Assembly: GCF_000150275.1 (NCBI RefSeq)
Contig: NW_002060945.1
Coordinates: 4,761,397-4,825,396 of the forward strand
From: Trichoplax adhaerens
Taxonomy: Eukaryota > Animalia > Placozoa
DNA: 64,000 nucleotides
Direction of reading: 5' to 3'
The translations under genes were made by a program, and so were the position numbers. The notes below the pieces were generated by a model. The model did not search any database. It saw nothing but the letters and a program-made list of their open reading frames with translations, and was not told the DNA's origin. Below are positions 41,301 through 58,400 of the stretch, in pieces; position 1 is the first letter of the stretch; every line of letters begins with the position of its first letter.

Positions 41301-42197
41301 ACCTTAAGAAGGAGAGTTCCTTTCTTGATAATGCTCTAGAAGTACTCTCAATTCAAGCTTCTAGACGAAATTTAGGTAGGACGTTTAGATTTTTCAGTCT
41401 GCATTTGACAATTTATGATGTATTTATTGTTTTTTTATATTTCCATGATATTACTTTATCTTGATTGCTCATTTTATTGAATTATCATCTCTTTAGGATG
41501 CTATTCTATAACTAGTAAAAGTGGTTTGGTTGGTAAATTTATCCTCTATAAAGTAGCTTATCGATTGGGAGAAGACATTGTAGGCTATTTTGATTTTGCT
41601 GAGGCTCAAGTCAGCTGTTTACAGGTTTGAAGTTGATATTATATGTGATAATTAGTCAATACTCTCTGAAATGTTATCTGATCAATCAAACCCTATGTAC
41701 TTTCAGTATACCGTCGTTTTACAAAGTTTGGAGGAGGTCAGGAAAGAGTGTTTAAAGCATAGTTCTCAGAGTCGATCCGTAAACGCCTCATACTCTAGAT
41801 TTTCCGAAGCCTGTATATCTACTGTAAATACACATTTTATTCTGCCAGTTCCTCTGACCGTAACCCCTGGATTCGATAGTAGTCTTGGTAAAGTATCACA
41901 TATTATTGCATAATCATTACTATTGGTAATTATCTAACTAAAGTGTTGACTACTTACATATCAATTTTAGTAACTTTACGCTGGAGGTTGCGGTTCGAAT
42001 TCATTATCAGTGTACATGACCTAGCTAACAGTGAATACAATGGTAGAAAACACTTACCAGACGAAGCATGGCAAGGGCCTAGTGAAGTTGAAACGGAGTC
42101 ATTAATATGGGACCTTCCTATTGAAGTTTTAGCTACTAATCCTGTACAGGCTTTTCCGACGGTTCCGGCACGTCTCACAGCTAATCTTTTACTATAA
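38372..42197 (+). CDS. RGP1: RAB6A-GEF complex partner protein 2 (Rgp1 family), 7 exons
   Basis: MIEVKASL..VYVAGEQLHCIITLTN, LAWSTAQIHCQC, FAPNRG/DAGH..LSKPQVLCCDLIL, PPSYRG..VKYAYKLSIG, YRLGEDIVGYFDF, TPGFDS..VTLRWRLRFEF and WDLPIEVLATNP. Exons ~38372-38672, 40726-40809, 40879-41037, 41232-41375, 41497-41623, 41707-41887, 41971-42197. Confidence 0.9.
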
Positions 42198-43269
42198 GTA
42201 TACTATTCAGTCGCGATTAAGTACTGATAAAATACTGTCTATAATAAGTGTATATCAATTTAATGATTATTAATAGCAACAATTGGTTTTTCCGACTGTA
42301 ACGTTAGAGCTTTATCTCATTTGTAAGCATGATTCTGAAAAAACTAGCTTAGATTTATCAAAAATTATGTAGCTTCTTCGTCTTCTAATAGGATTTATCT
42401 TATCTTAAATAATGATAATTACAAAAGTAATACAGCGTATTAAGCAATTATTAAGCGTTTATATTACGGACTGTACTGATACGTATAATGTAATGAAAGT
42501 CTCAGCTAGCATGCTTGGGCTTTTAAGATGTCTAGTTAATGAAATAAGCGAAGCTTAATATAGGTTGAACATCAGCGATACTCTATCATAGATGTTATGA
42601 ATACTTCTGATCGAAGAATAGTTGCAGTTGTTTTATTGTGGATGCAAAAACGATCATAATCCTAGCTGCTTTATTATCTTATGCTGCAGTAGGTGATAGA
42701 AATTTTAATATAAACGGTTGATGCTCTCGTTTAGGGCATATAGGAAGCGACGAGCTCTTGTGTAATGTATTTTAAAGACTTTATTATCGTGATATATAAA
42801 AATTTATGCTCTACGTATTTTGGCGAATGCTTGTATAGCGTACGAAGATATTTAAAATTGCACTGTTTGCATTAATAAAAATAATAAGATCTTCCGTAAG
42901 TTTTCGTTGTCTGCGAATATGATTGGTTTCAGTATCCTCCACATTACGGTTATCCATAAACAACAATAGAAATTTCAAGACAATATAAAATAAACACTTC
43001 TGAGGTCACCTTGTTACCTCTGGGCATCAATGGCTATACTATACGCGCATACCGCTAGTTATATTTTAAATATTACTTCATAAACGTAGCAAATAATTTA
43101 TTATTTCTACTATTACTACATAATTTTTAATACGTATCACAATCAAGTTTGAGAGCAAAAAATTCGAAGTGATCGCATTAATAAAAAGCTTGCTGTTCTC
43201 GAATTTAGACTGCTGCACATTCGGAGGGGTACCATGATTAATAACAGTTGATTTTGTTTCTTTTGCCAT

Positions 43270-45123
43270 CTAGTAAACGGTAGAGGAACCTCCGCTCTGT
43301 AAGTTTACCACAAAATTGGTTACGGTCATTGTAATGACTAGTTTGTTACATTGCTTAGATAATTCCTTTTGTTGATTAATCAATTATTAATGAGAGAATG
43401 AGTTTTATATATACTTAGATTTCATAATTAAGATAGAACGTCATTACCTCAATTGCGTCGATTTCTTCCTCTGTCAATAACTTCCTTGAATAAGTTGCAT
43501 CAACACTGATGGTTGACGCTAAAGTCCTACTTGAAGAAGGAGTGACTGAAGGGGAGATAGCTGCCGATGGTTTGTTACCGTTGGATATTTTTACAGTAGT
43601 TTTACCTATTAACAGTAAAAAGCAAGCGCTTTCTTAATCATTAATTAATTAATGTTTGTCTCGTTCTAATGTTGAATCGGTATGATGCTGATGGCAAGTA
43701 AGGTCGATTGAGTACACTTTGGGATAAAATATGAACCGGTATATGATATATCTGGATGTTTGTTGCTACATGAAAAATCGTGGTTTCTTCGTTTTAACTA
43801 ATTAGTACTAGGATGCTGAAGTAATGACCTTCTTTTCAAAGTCATAGTCTAGTAATAGTATTCCTGTCTGCTGCGTAATGTACAATATGATACTTCGGGA
43901 CTGATACGCGTATACCGTATTTGCACAGTTTATTCACAGAAGTATTACACATGTATGATAGAAAAATGTTCCACTCTATATGTTCTGTATATTTCGAATC
44001 ATTATGCTACAGCAAATTTCATTTTTACTACCATTAGTTTGATAAGAATTATTGACACCCCTGGATTTTATCGTGCTAGTACTACTAGGAATCTCTTTCT
44101 AGTACAAGTATAGTAATTGAGTAACAGATATTCTGTCCAGTACCTTCTTTTTTCTAATGGTAGGTTTAATTACAGCACGCGTACCTTATATCTACTATAG
44201 TAGCTATTGTAATTATAGATGTAATCCAGAGATATACAGCAGAATGTGGACTATAATATTATGATGATATGCTTATGCATAATTGGAACATTTAAGCAGC
44301 GAGCATACATTCCTACAGGTGATGCAATACTGTGTATGCAATATGTTCGAATGATTGTGTCGATGTGAACGTTCCTGTAACTATGTAATTATAGTTATTA
44401 TTAATTATTCAGCTAAGTGCTAATAACATTACCATACTGCTCATTGTTTGACCTGAGGCTAAGTATTAAAATATGTCAGATTACAAGATTAATGTATTGG
44501 TAATGGTAAAAGTCAGGAAGATTATTCCGTTAGGGTTAAATGATATTTTGGATCAGTTTATCCGAAGATTTGATCCTGATAAAAATGCACTGTAGTGTTA
44601 TACTGTACATACTATTGTATTGTATGGTGTACGGTACTGTACTGTATATCATAGGCAATCATGGTTGGTTTCATGACGATCACAACAGTACGTATAAATC
44701 TTAATCTGTGTTGTAAAAAGAAATTTGTTCAGTTACTGTCATCAGTTTTAGTGGTATGCAAATGTATAATGATTGTTTTACAGTTATTATATCGCAGTAA
44801 ATATAATAGATTTTATTTATAAGCGTTTAAATCAAGTACACGCCAACTTGGCATTGTCCAGTACACAAGATGAAGTTAACTTAACGTGCTACCCATCACA
44901 TAGCAACCTACGTAAGCAGGAATGTTGCAGTCAACAGAGGTAGATTTTATTCAGGAAATACGCATGCAAGCGTATATGCAGTAAATATTATTTACATATA
45001 GTTACATTGTATACCTTCATCAGCGATTAGCCTTCTTCGATCAGGAAATTTTATAAGAGGAACGCGCGATTGGCGCGTTTGATAATTTCGCCATAATCTA
45101 ATGGAGAATCGACCAGCAGCCAT
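43270..45123 (-). CDS. KGD4: Alpha-ketoglutarate dehydrogenase component 4 (KGD4, formerly mitoribosomal S36), ~97 aa, 3 exons
   Basis: Exons 45123-45015, 43605-43448 and 43296-43270 splice in frame (phases 1, 0) to MAAGRFSIRLWRNYQTRQSRVPLIKFPDRRRLIADEG...YSRKLLTEEEIDAIESGGSSTVY*. PLIKFPDRR and Y.RK.L..EE...I..GG match the two conserved blocks of human MRPS36/KGD4. Confidence 0.85.
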
Positions 45124-45136
45124 TACAGGCATCACT

Positions 45137-46320
45137 ATACCGTACTGTATTAAATTTACAGTAAATGTCTGTAATACTGTACTGTACCGTAAGTTGGCCT
45201 AAGTTGGCTTGGTGATCCACTGGACCACTAGAACTGGAACGCTCCTCAGACGGACGGACCATGCATATTACAGTACAGTAAATGGTACTAAAAAATGTTA
45301 AAAAATAGTCACTCAGTGTGGATTTTCCGAGTCTGTTTTCTAAATCACTCGTGCAGTGTTACAGTAAGTTAATTTAATAACATTTATAATCTAAAGTTCC
45401 AATTACAATACAGTACTATACTGTAGAGCTTAGTAACAGCCAATGGAATACAATGTACTGTAATATTACTTTACTTAGAAAAAATCAGTTAATTCAGAAT
45501 GGACTATCTGCATACTACTGTAAAGTACTGTACTGTCATAACCAAGCGTTGGACACAATCTGTTGACTAAACGTCCGTCCGTCCAAAGGAGTATCCTGTC
45601 TGTGTTATTCTTCTCGTACAGTACAGTACAGTACTGTACAGCACTGTGGATTTTCTGTACAATCCGAAATCGACACCGAGTCATACAGAGTGCTGTACAC
45701 AAATCGTGCCATCGGAGAATTCGACTGAGATCGTGTCAGCATTTATGACGTTGTGATAGAGCGTGACAATATGGCTATCTGAAGAAAGGGTAAAGCCTGC
45801 TTCTGCTTTTTGCTGAGCACGAATAAGAACTGTGATCTCTTGTGCTAAGCAGGCTGTTTGGATGAAAGGAGACGAGAGTTCATGGTTTGCGTCATGGAGG
45901 ATACTGTATTATACTGTACTTTACAGTCAGCGAAGCACTGTCTACGAGTGTACAGTACTGTACTGTACACTGCTTTTGCTGAGCTATTTGTACCAGGTGT
46001 TCTATGGATGTTATTAGTACACGTGCACATACAGCACTTTATACTTGTATATCAACTATGGAAAGTAGCGTGCTTACGATTCTGCATTGTGTGCAAGAAC
46101 CGGAAGCAGCAGACGCTACCTATCCCATGTCCCACTGTACTGTACACTGTACAGTACAGTACGTGGTACTGTACAATACAGTGGAGTTTTGTTATTATTA
46201 TTTTTTCTATTGTTATTTGTTAGCCAAGTACATGTACAGTACACTATACTGTATGTGCAGTACTGTACTGCTGCATGCACACGATAAAATAGCATTCAGT
46301 AGTACTGTACAGTGTTTATA
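45137..46320. promoter_or_regulatory. Large TACTG/CAGTA pentamer island in the KGD4-CLPX divergent intergenic region
   Basis: Densest island in the window, with repeated gtacagtac/gtactgtac runs (e.g. 45616-45640, 45948-45970, 46134-46182, 46226-46270). It generates many spurious Y-C-T-V-L-rich ORFs. Confidence 0.6.
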
Positions 46321-46516
46321 GTCACTGGCGCTCATGTCATACTTTGATTTATACTCTGCACTGTTTAGTCGTTAGTAGTGTTTTTAATTTAAGTCATATA
46401 GTCAACTACAAAGTAGTTCGATTCTGCTAAATTATAATCCTCTTATTAGTAGGACGAAAGATACTATTAGGGAAAATCGCCACCACAAGGAAAATTATCT
46501 ATAAACTACTCAAAGT

Positions 46517-51905
<5,389 letters not shown>

Positions 51906-54865
51906 AGCGTAGATTTCATGATAGTACAAAAGAAGGAAGCTGATTTATGAATTAAAGACTAAGATTATTCCTTGAATAGACTTATGATGATATTTAATGG
52001 AGTAACTTGCTCAGTAAATAGTATTTACTGTTGGTACAATTGATTTGATCGACTTCTTATATGGATCAATGTTAGTAAAAGTGATAACATTTGTATTACT
52101 AACTTAGTCAGTTCAATTGATTCTTTTGGTTGATAATTGCGGTTTATCGTGAAATCGTTTTGTATAACTTAGAGTGGATATCAGCGAAAATTTAAAGCTA
52201 CTATGTAGCTAGCCGTATAGAATATTAGTATATGCATACCTTGATTTTGTTGATTGAATTTAATGCTTGCCGTAAACATATACTCTTAATAAATGTATAT
52301 GCTGAAAGTAAACCGAAGAAAAGCGAATTTTATGTTACTAAACTACATCATGAAAGTCTTTATAATATAAAGTAAATGTAATTTAACTGCTATCGATCGA
52401 TAAATTATTATTTTATGACGATATCATATGGGATACCAATGACATGTTCATCCAAGAAGATTGTAGCTTGCGAATTAATTTGTTAATAGTTTATCATAAC
52501 GAAGGTTATGGATTGTCTCTTATAATTTTATAATATTGCACTTTTACATGTCTAAAATTGCGTTTATATTTAATGCAATTAGCTTCTGTATAAAATTCAA
52601 TAAATATTCGCTACTACTTATTGTAACGATCTTACGATCATATGTAATGTGCTCTTTAGTAGAAGAAGAATTTGACTGTGTACTCTTTTACACTGTTATT
52701 TGGAGTCGCAAGATGAATATGCAGATAATGCAATTAGTTCAACTGTAAGTACATTCAAACAAAAATTTCGTTATTTCTAGCGTTTTTAATAGGCAATCTA
52801 TACTCTTAATTGAAATCGAAGTAGGCAGCATGCATACATATAGCCGGATAGTAATGCAGACTAATAATCTTATAATGCATAATTTAATAAAAGGTAAGTT
52901 CCCCTCGGTAGCTCAGCGTTATTGGACTTGTAGTAGTTCACAATGTGCTAAATACAGTACTTTACCGTTCGTTGACACAAGTCACACAACCGAGTTCAAT
53001 CGTGGCCGTGAACGAGAATTTAATGTTCAGTGGATATACGTCAAATTTTGTAGATCATCGTGGACTATACAACATAATATTCACAAATAAGTCGTAAGTT
53101 TAAGGCGTAATACACGTACATATGATGTTATATTGTCTTAGTAAGTAAGGCAAAAATTAACTTTATCATGGAATTTTAAATTTTGTTGATCGAGCAGCCT
53201 GTAATTCTGTTATACTTGTGCGGTATATACCAGTAAATGAATCAAAATATAGCACTGTAGTCTATGCTATAACTTCATGGCCTCCAGCTATTGCGACTGT
53301 ACTTTATGTTATACGCGTACAGTACTACTAGATAGTGAAACTCATGTACTAGATTGTATGTACGTCTGGTCCTTGCTGCTAGTTGCCTCCATGTGAGGGC
53401 GGTACAAGAGACTAATAAAGGAGTGGCATTGCTTCCTATTCACCTTATTTTATTTATATTTATTTAAATATTTACTGTTAATTTAATTAACTGGTTAATT
53501 ATTCATGTAATTTTATATTTAATTACAATAGCGATGTAATCTAGAGAGTACTGAGACTACTGACAGTGAGTATTAACTTTCATTGCGATAGTAATAGTTA
53601 CATATTCTTCATACTACAACTCTACTCCATCCACATGAAGCAAGACATACGAGTTTAATTTTACCATTGCAACTGCCGATTGACTTTTTATCGTAGTAGG
53701 AAACTTTAGCCTTAATCTAAATCTATCTATAAATTCGCTACTAGAACTAGTTGCAGTTTGTACTCCGCAATCTCCGGTTTTACCTCCTAGGCCGAAAGAA
53801 CGTAACGTTGGGTTTGATCGTGGAAGAACGTAAGAATAAGATGAGCTAGTTTTGAAATTTTTGAGACATCTTGATCATGACTAAGTTCAAATTTTATAGT
53901 AAATCATAAATAAGTTTAACCATAATGTGTTTCATAACATCCTTTCCTGTTATGTTGTATGACATAATTCAGTTTCCGCTAGTGCAATGGACTGTATAGT
54001 ACAATTTTCACTCAGGTAGTCTTCATATACAGTTAATCTGTATACGAGTATGTATTGTATGATAGTTATACGATTCTGCTGTAACTGAGTGGCATTATAA
54101 TTCACGCATTCATGGTAGCTATTAGCCGAGTATTTCTACTGCTCTACGACTGATAATAAATAGTAGTAAATGATGCACAGTGACCACAAATGTATGAACT
54201 AGTGAGTCACAATATGAATTGTTTAATATTACCACTGTAGTATAGGAGATTCTCTCTATACAGTATGACAGTATGATCAATGACTATTTGACGTATGGCC
54301 AAGTGGCTAAATTGTATGGATTAGTTAGTTTTTACAACAAATTGATATCGTTTGCGTTTTTACAGGCCTTGATTGTATAGGACTATAATTCTCTATAATA
54401 TGCTTTGGTTTAGTCAGTACAATCAGGGACAAAATTATTGGTGGTACAGTAGTAAAGAAGACTTTATAAGCTCCCTTTCTTTACTGAGCTTATTCCATTC
54501 GACGAAAGAATCCCAGTCAGTAAACTACATTTCATTTAGTAAGAAATAAATACGTACGTCAATGATGAAGTAACTAAGGCGTTGTCAAGGAGGCGTAAAA
54601 TAGGGTCATCCTAGTCTTATGGTACTATCCACCACACTAGTTCACTGCTGTGTACCACAGGGTTATTTGCATGGGCTAATATGGGCCCCGTGTTACGAAT
54701 CGAGTTAGTGCATAGGGGTCATTTTTTCCCGTTCGGGCTGTGGCTGTATTACCATATCCAGTATGTTACTGTTAAAGGGAGTGTCAGGCGAGAAATACTC
54801 TCTTCCAAGTCCCTGGTATTTTACGATGTGTTTCAGTATGAGGAACGATGATTGTTTTTTCCCTC

Positions 54866-55165
54866 TAGTACTGTGGTTGGGTACGGTACGGATCGGAACG
54901 GATCGGACCCGATACACCATGGGCAGTAATGGGCAGGTATCAAAGGTAACAACAGCCCAGTTCTTGACTATTCTAGTCAAATCAAAAGTTGGCCATAGCA
55001 ACTTTGTATGCATCGGTGGTACTGTATGCCACTATACTGTATATCTATTTGACTCATTCTACAGTATTCCACCCTACTGTATATTATCCAACCACACTAC
55101 CCGCGATACACGTTGAGAATTGATCTCGATAGGCAATTTACTTGTTGTTTTCTAGTACAGTAGTG
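54866..55165. promoter_or_regulatory. Weaker pentamer island upstream of the P4-ATPase
   Basis: tagtactgtg, ggtacggtacggatcggaacggatcgg, tactgtatg, tactgtata, tacagtatt and gtacagtag, 300-600 bp 5' of ATG 55470. Confidence 0.4.
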
Positions 55166-55469
55166 GAGTTGAAAGCGGAAAGGTTAAATCGCTCCGGTAG
55201 TATATACCAATAGCGATAGTAAATTGTGTACAATTGAGTAGATGTCACCGTATTGATTGTCAAACATTGATTTTTTATCCATAACATTGAAGTCTGGCAT
55301 TTTTATAATCAATCTGACGATAATATCGCTTCGACAAATTTATCCTGCATAACTGTATCTATCTTTTATCATCGATCGTGTTGATTCGATTGCGCTTTCA
55401 GTACAGTCAATGTGTACTTAGATTTTTCATATCGTACTGTTGAAATAGCTATACATCATTTTTACGAGA

Positions 55470-58400
55470 ATGTCAGTACCTTCTCAAGGTGCAGAACAAG
55501 TACCTCTGGAAGAGACCAAGAGTGGCAAAAATGGAACTACGAATGCCCAAACTGAAGGTACGCGTGGAATACTCCCATTTTTTAATATATGAATTGTATT
55601 GTAAATTAAATGATGTGTGGATCATATTGATAACTAGAATTAGAATTTAAACTAGACGAGCACGCTGTGGTGTACTTGTATCTTTTCGTCGAATGATTTC
55701 CATGTACAATATTGCGCGCTAAGGCAACGCTTTAAAAGCATAGAGTAGAATAAAAGCTTGCCACTATATTGGTCTACTGTGTACCTATACTATATCTTAC
55801 AGCAGCAACATCATCAATCGACTATTCTCTCCTACTCTGCGACTCTATTTTGACACATTGTTAGCTTTAAAGTAGTATTCATTTGTGGTGTTCACTGGAT
55901 AGATTGGCATCTTATCCATTAATTAGCATGCACAACGTAGTAGAGTTAGCGCTTTGTTAGCGAACTTTTACGTGATCGATGGATTGTACATGGTTTTGAA
56001 ACTTCAACGCGTTGCTTAATACAGCCCAATGGGCGTAACATGTCAGCACTTAACGTTTGGCTAGTCTGCATAGGATTACTGTTAGTTCGAATAATCAGAA
56101 AATGGCGTCCAGGATATATTCAGTTAATGCGTACAATTTCTAAATTCAATCACACTACAATCCATCGTAGAATAACTTTTAAGTTAATACGTAATTACGT
56201 TACTGCTCTGTCTGTCCTGATGATCTTTTAGTGTAATGGCTAAATTTGATTCAAGCTACAGCAATATTTATCTATCTGTTAGATGATAATTTTGTGCGAA
56301 CGATCTATATCAACGACAGGACAAGAAATTTGGATCAAAAATTTGCGGTAAATCAGCTCTAACTTTCAATCTTTCTTGTATTAATTGGTCATTACGTGTA
56401 TTTTATGGAAATATATCGCATCGATTCTGAACTCTTCTTTCGACATTACAACATCAGTATTGTTTATTGCTGGAATTTCCTTGTCTATATTTAGGTTTAG
56501 TCTCAATTCTTTAATTTGAATAATTAACGTATCCAAAAACTTTTACTGCTTTTATTCATTGCAAAATACAGTAACATCCCATCGTTATTGTTGAATTGTT
56601 TTTGTTTTTGATTTTTCGATAATTTTTCAAACCGCATCTTTCGGTTGTTATTAGTATTTTACCGCTTCACTTATGGAACTGATTAAGTGAAAGTCTTCGC
56701 GCTATGCTAGATCACGGACGGTGCACACAAGTCAACTATAATTTGAGATGCACACACATGGCGAGCGTTGATTGTATGTATTTCCCTGTAGAAAATGCTT
56801 ACATAAGCTAAACTAGATTATGGGTATTTCATTAATCGACAGCATTCTTAGGCATTATCCTTCTCGCTTACTATACCTCTACTGTACTTTGTAAAGTACA
56901 GTAGAATAACTAATTATAATTAGCCTTGCAGACTTTGTGCTCAATTACAAGGCAATTTTAAAGATTGGACAGATCGTTTATATCTGTTTTATGTACTGTA
57001 CCTTTAAAATGTCGAATTGGCTTAGATACATAAAGATGTGGCTGTATTTGATCAAAACTATAGCGGCACATAAGACATCGGAAACTATTTTTTTCCATCG
57101 ATCTGTAGTTTATACAATGTACCGTATTTTAACATTGACTAGATTGTAGATACAGCCTGGTGCATACTACAGCTCATGTAGTATAAAGCTAGAAAGTATC
57201 AACATTACCATAGAAGCAGGAGAAATAAACCTTCAAGGTTAAAAGCACTATGCATATACGTATGTTGTATCTTCTGAAAGTCTATTTCAACGATAAATAT
57301 ATACAGTATATATAATTACTTAATGACTCGATAATTTTTAAGTTCATTTGGAACTAAAAAACTATTGAAATACGCTTATTATCGTTAGTCCTTTTGTTTT
57401 TAAAAATGATAGTTTTTCAAGTTAATATACATGTACTTAAAAAGCTCTTATATTGCCTTACTGGCTATACGCATATGTCTGATGATGGGTAACCCTTTTA
57501 CCTCTAGTAAATGGTGTGTATAGCACAGCACCTTAGACTTGAAATGCTATTTCCTTGCGATAACTTTCCTACCATATTTCATATTCGGTACAACAGAGCA
57601 ACGTGCAAGTAAAATACTATTTATTGAACAGTATACGTATAAATATTGCGGGTATATACAGTAATAGATGACATATACAATAGATTCTAAATCTTAGTCC
57701 CGTCGTTCTCTTTCAATTCTGGTTGACTATTCTGAAAGTGTTTGACAGTTGCATCTGCGCCATTATACCGTACACTGGATCGAGTGATATACTCTGATGA
57801 GTTTATGATATATATAACAAACATTATCGTTCTAGGACAACTTCCAATGACGCTTTTTTATTGTTCCTAGTTATTACTGTACCTATGCAGTACGTAGGAG
57901 TAATAATATATTGTACAATATCATCAAATCAAGCAAGGGTAATTCTTAGAACATTCGATCTCTAGGCTTTATAAGTCATGGGTTGTGACCCTTGTGAAGA
58001 ATAATCTAATTTGCAGATATTTATAGACTTACTACATGTGCAATTGAGTAGAAAATGTGATTCTACGTCATGAAATGAAATCAACAAATTCTAGGATTTC
58101 GTACAAGTACAGTATAGTAACGCTGAATTCACTGAATCAATCGATAATTAACATGTATAATTGTTATAAGTAGATTGGATTGAAATGGATCCATGATAAA
58201 TTACTAATATACGAATGCGAGAATATGCATACGGTTAGTAGTCAGCAAGGTACAATTTTACTATGGCTTGGATATTATGTGAAGATAAATACATACTATA
58301 TAGTGCATGAAGTGTATGGAAATTGAAAGAAAGAGCTTTATTACTTTTTAATGGTTTTACTGATGCAGAGAGTTCTAAACATAAAATTACAGTAGACCAG

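Noticed and set aside
45475-46321. Cluster of overlapping ORFs rich in Y, C, T, V, L, Q, S (similar ORFs at 11441-11697 and 37334-37540)
   Set aside because: They are translations of the stop-poor TACTG/CAGTA arrays, with no family motifs or splice logic.
52536-55116. ORFs between CLPX and the P4-ATPase, including a proline-rich exon-like stretch at ~53745-53830
   Set aside because: I could not assemble a coherent spliced frame or recognise a protein family.
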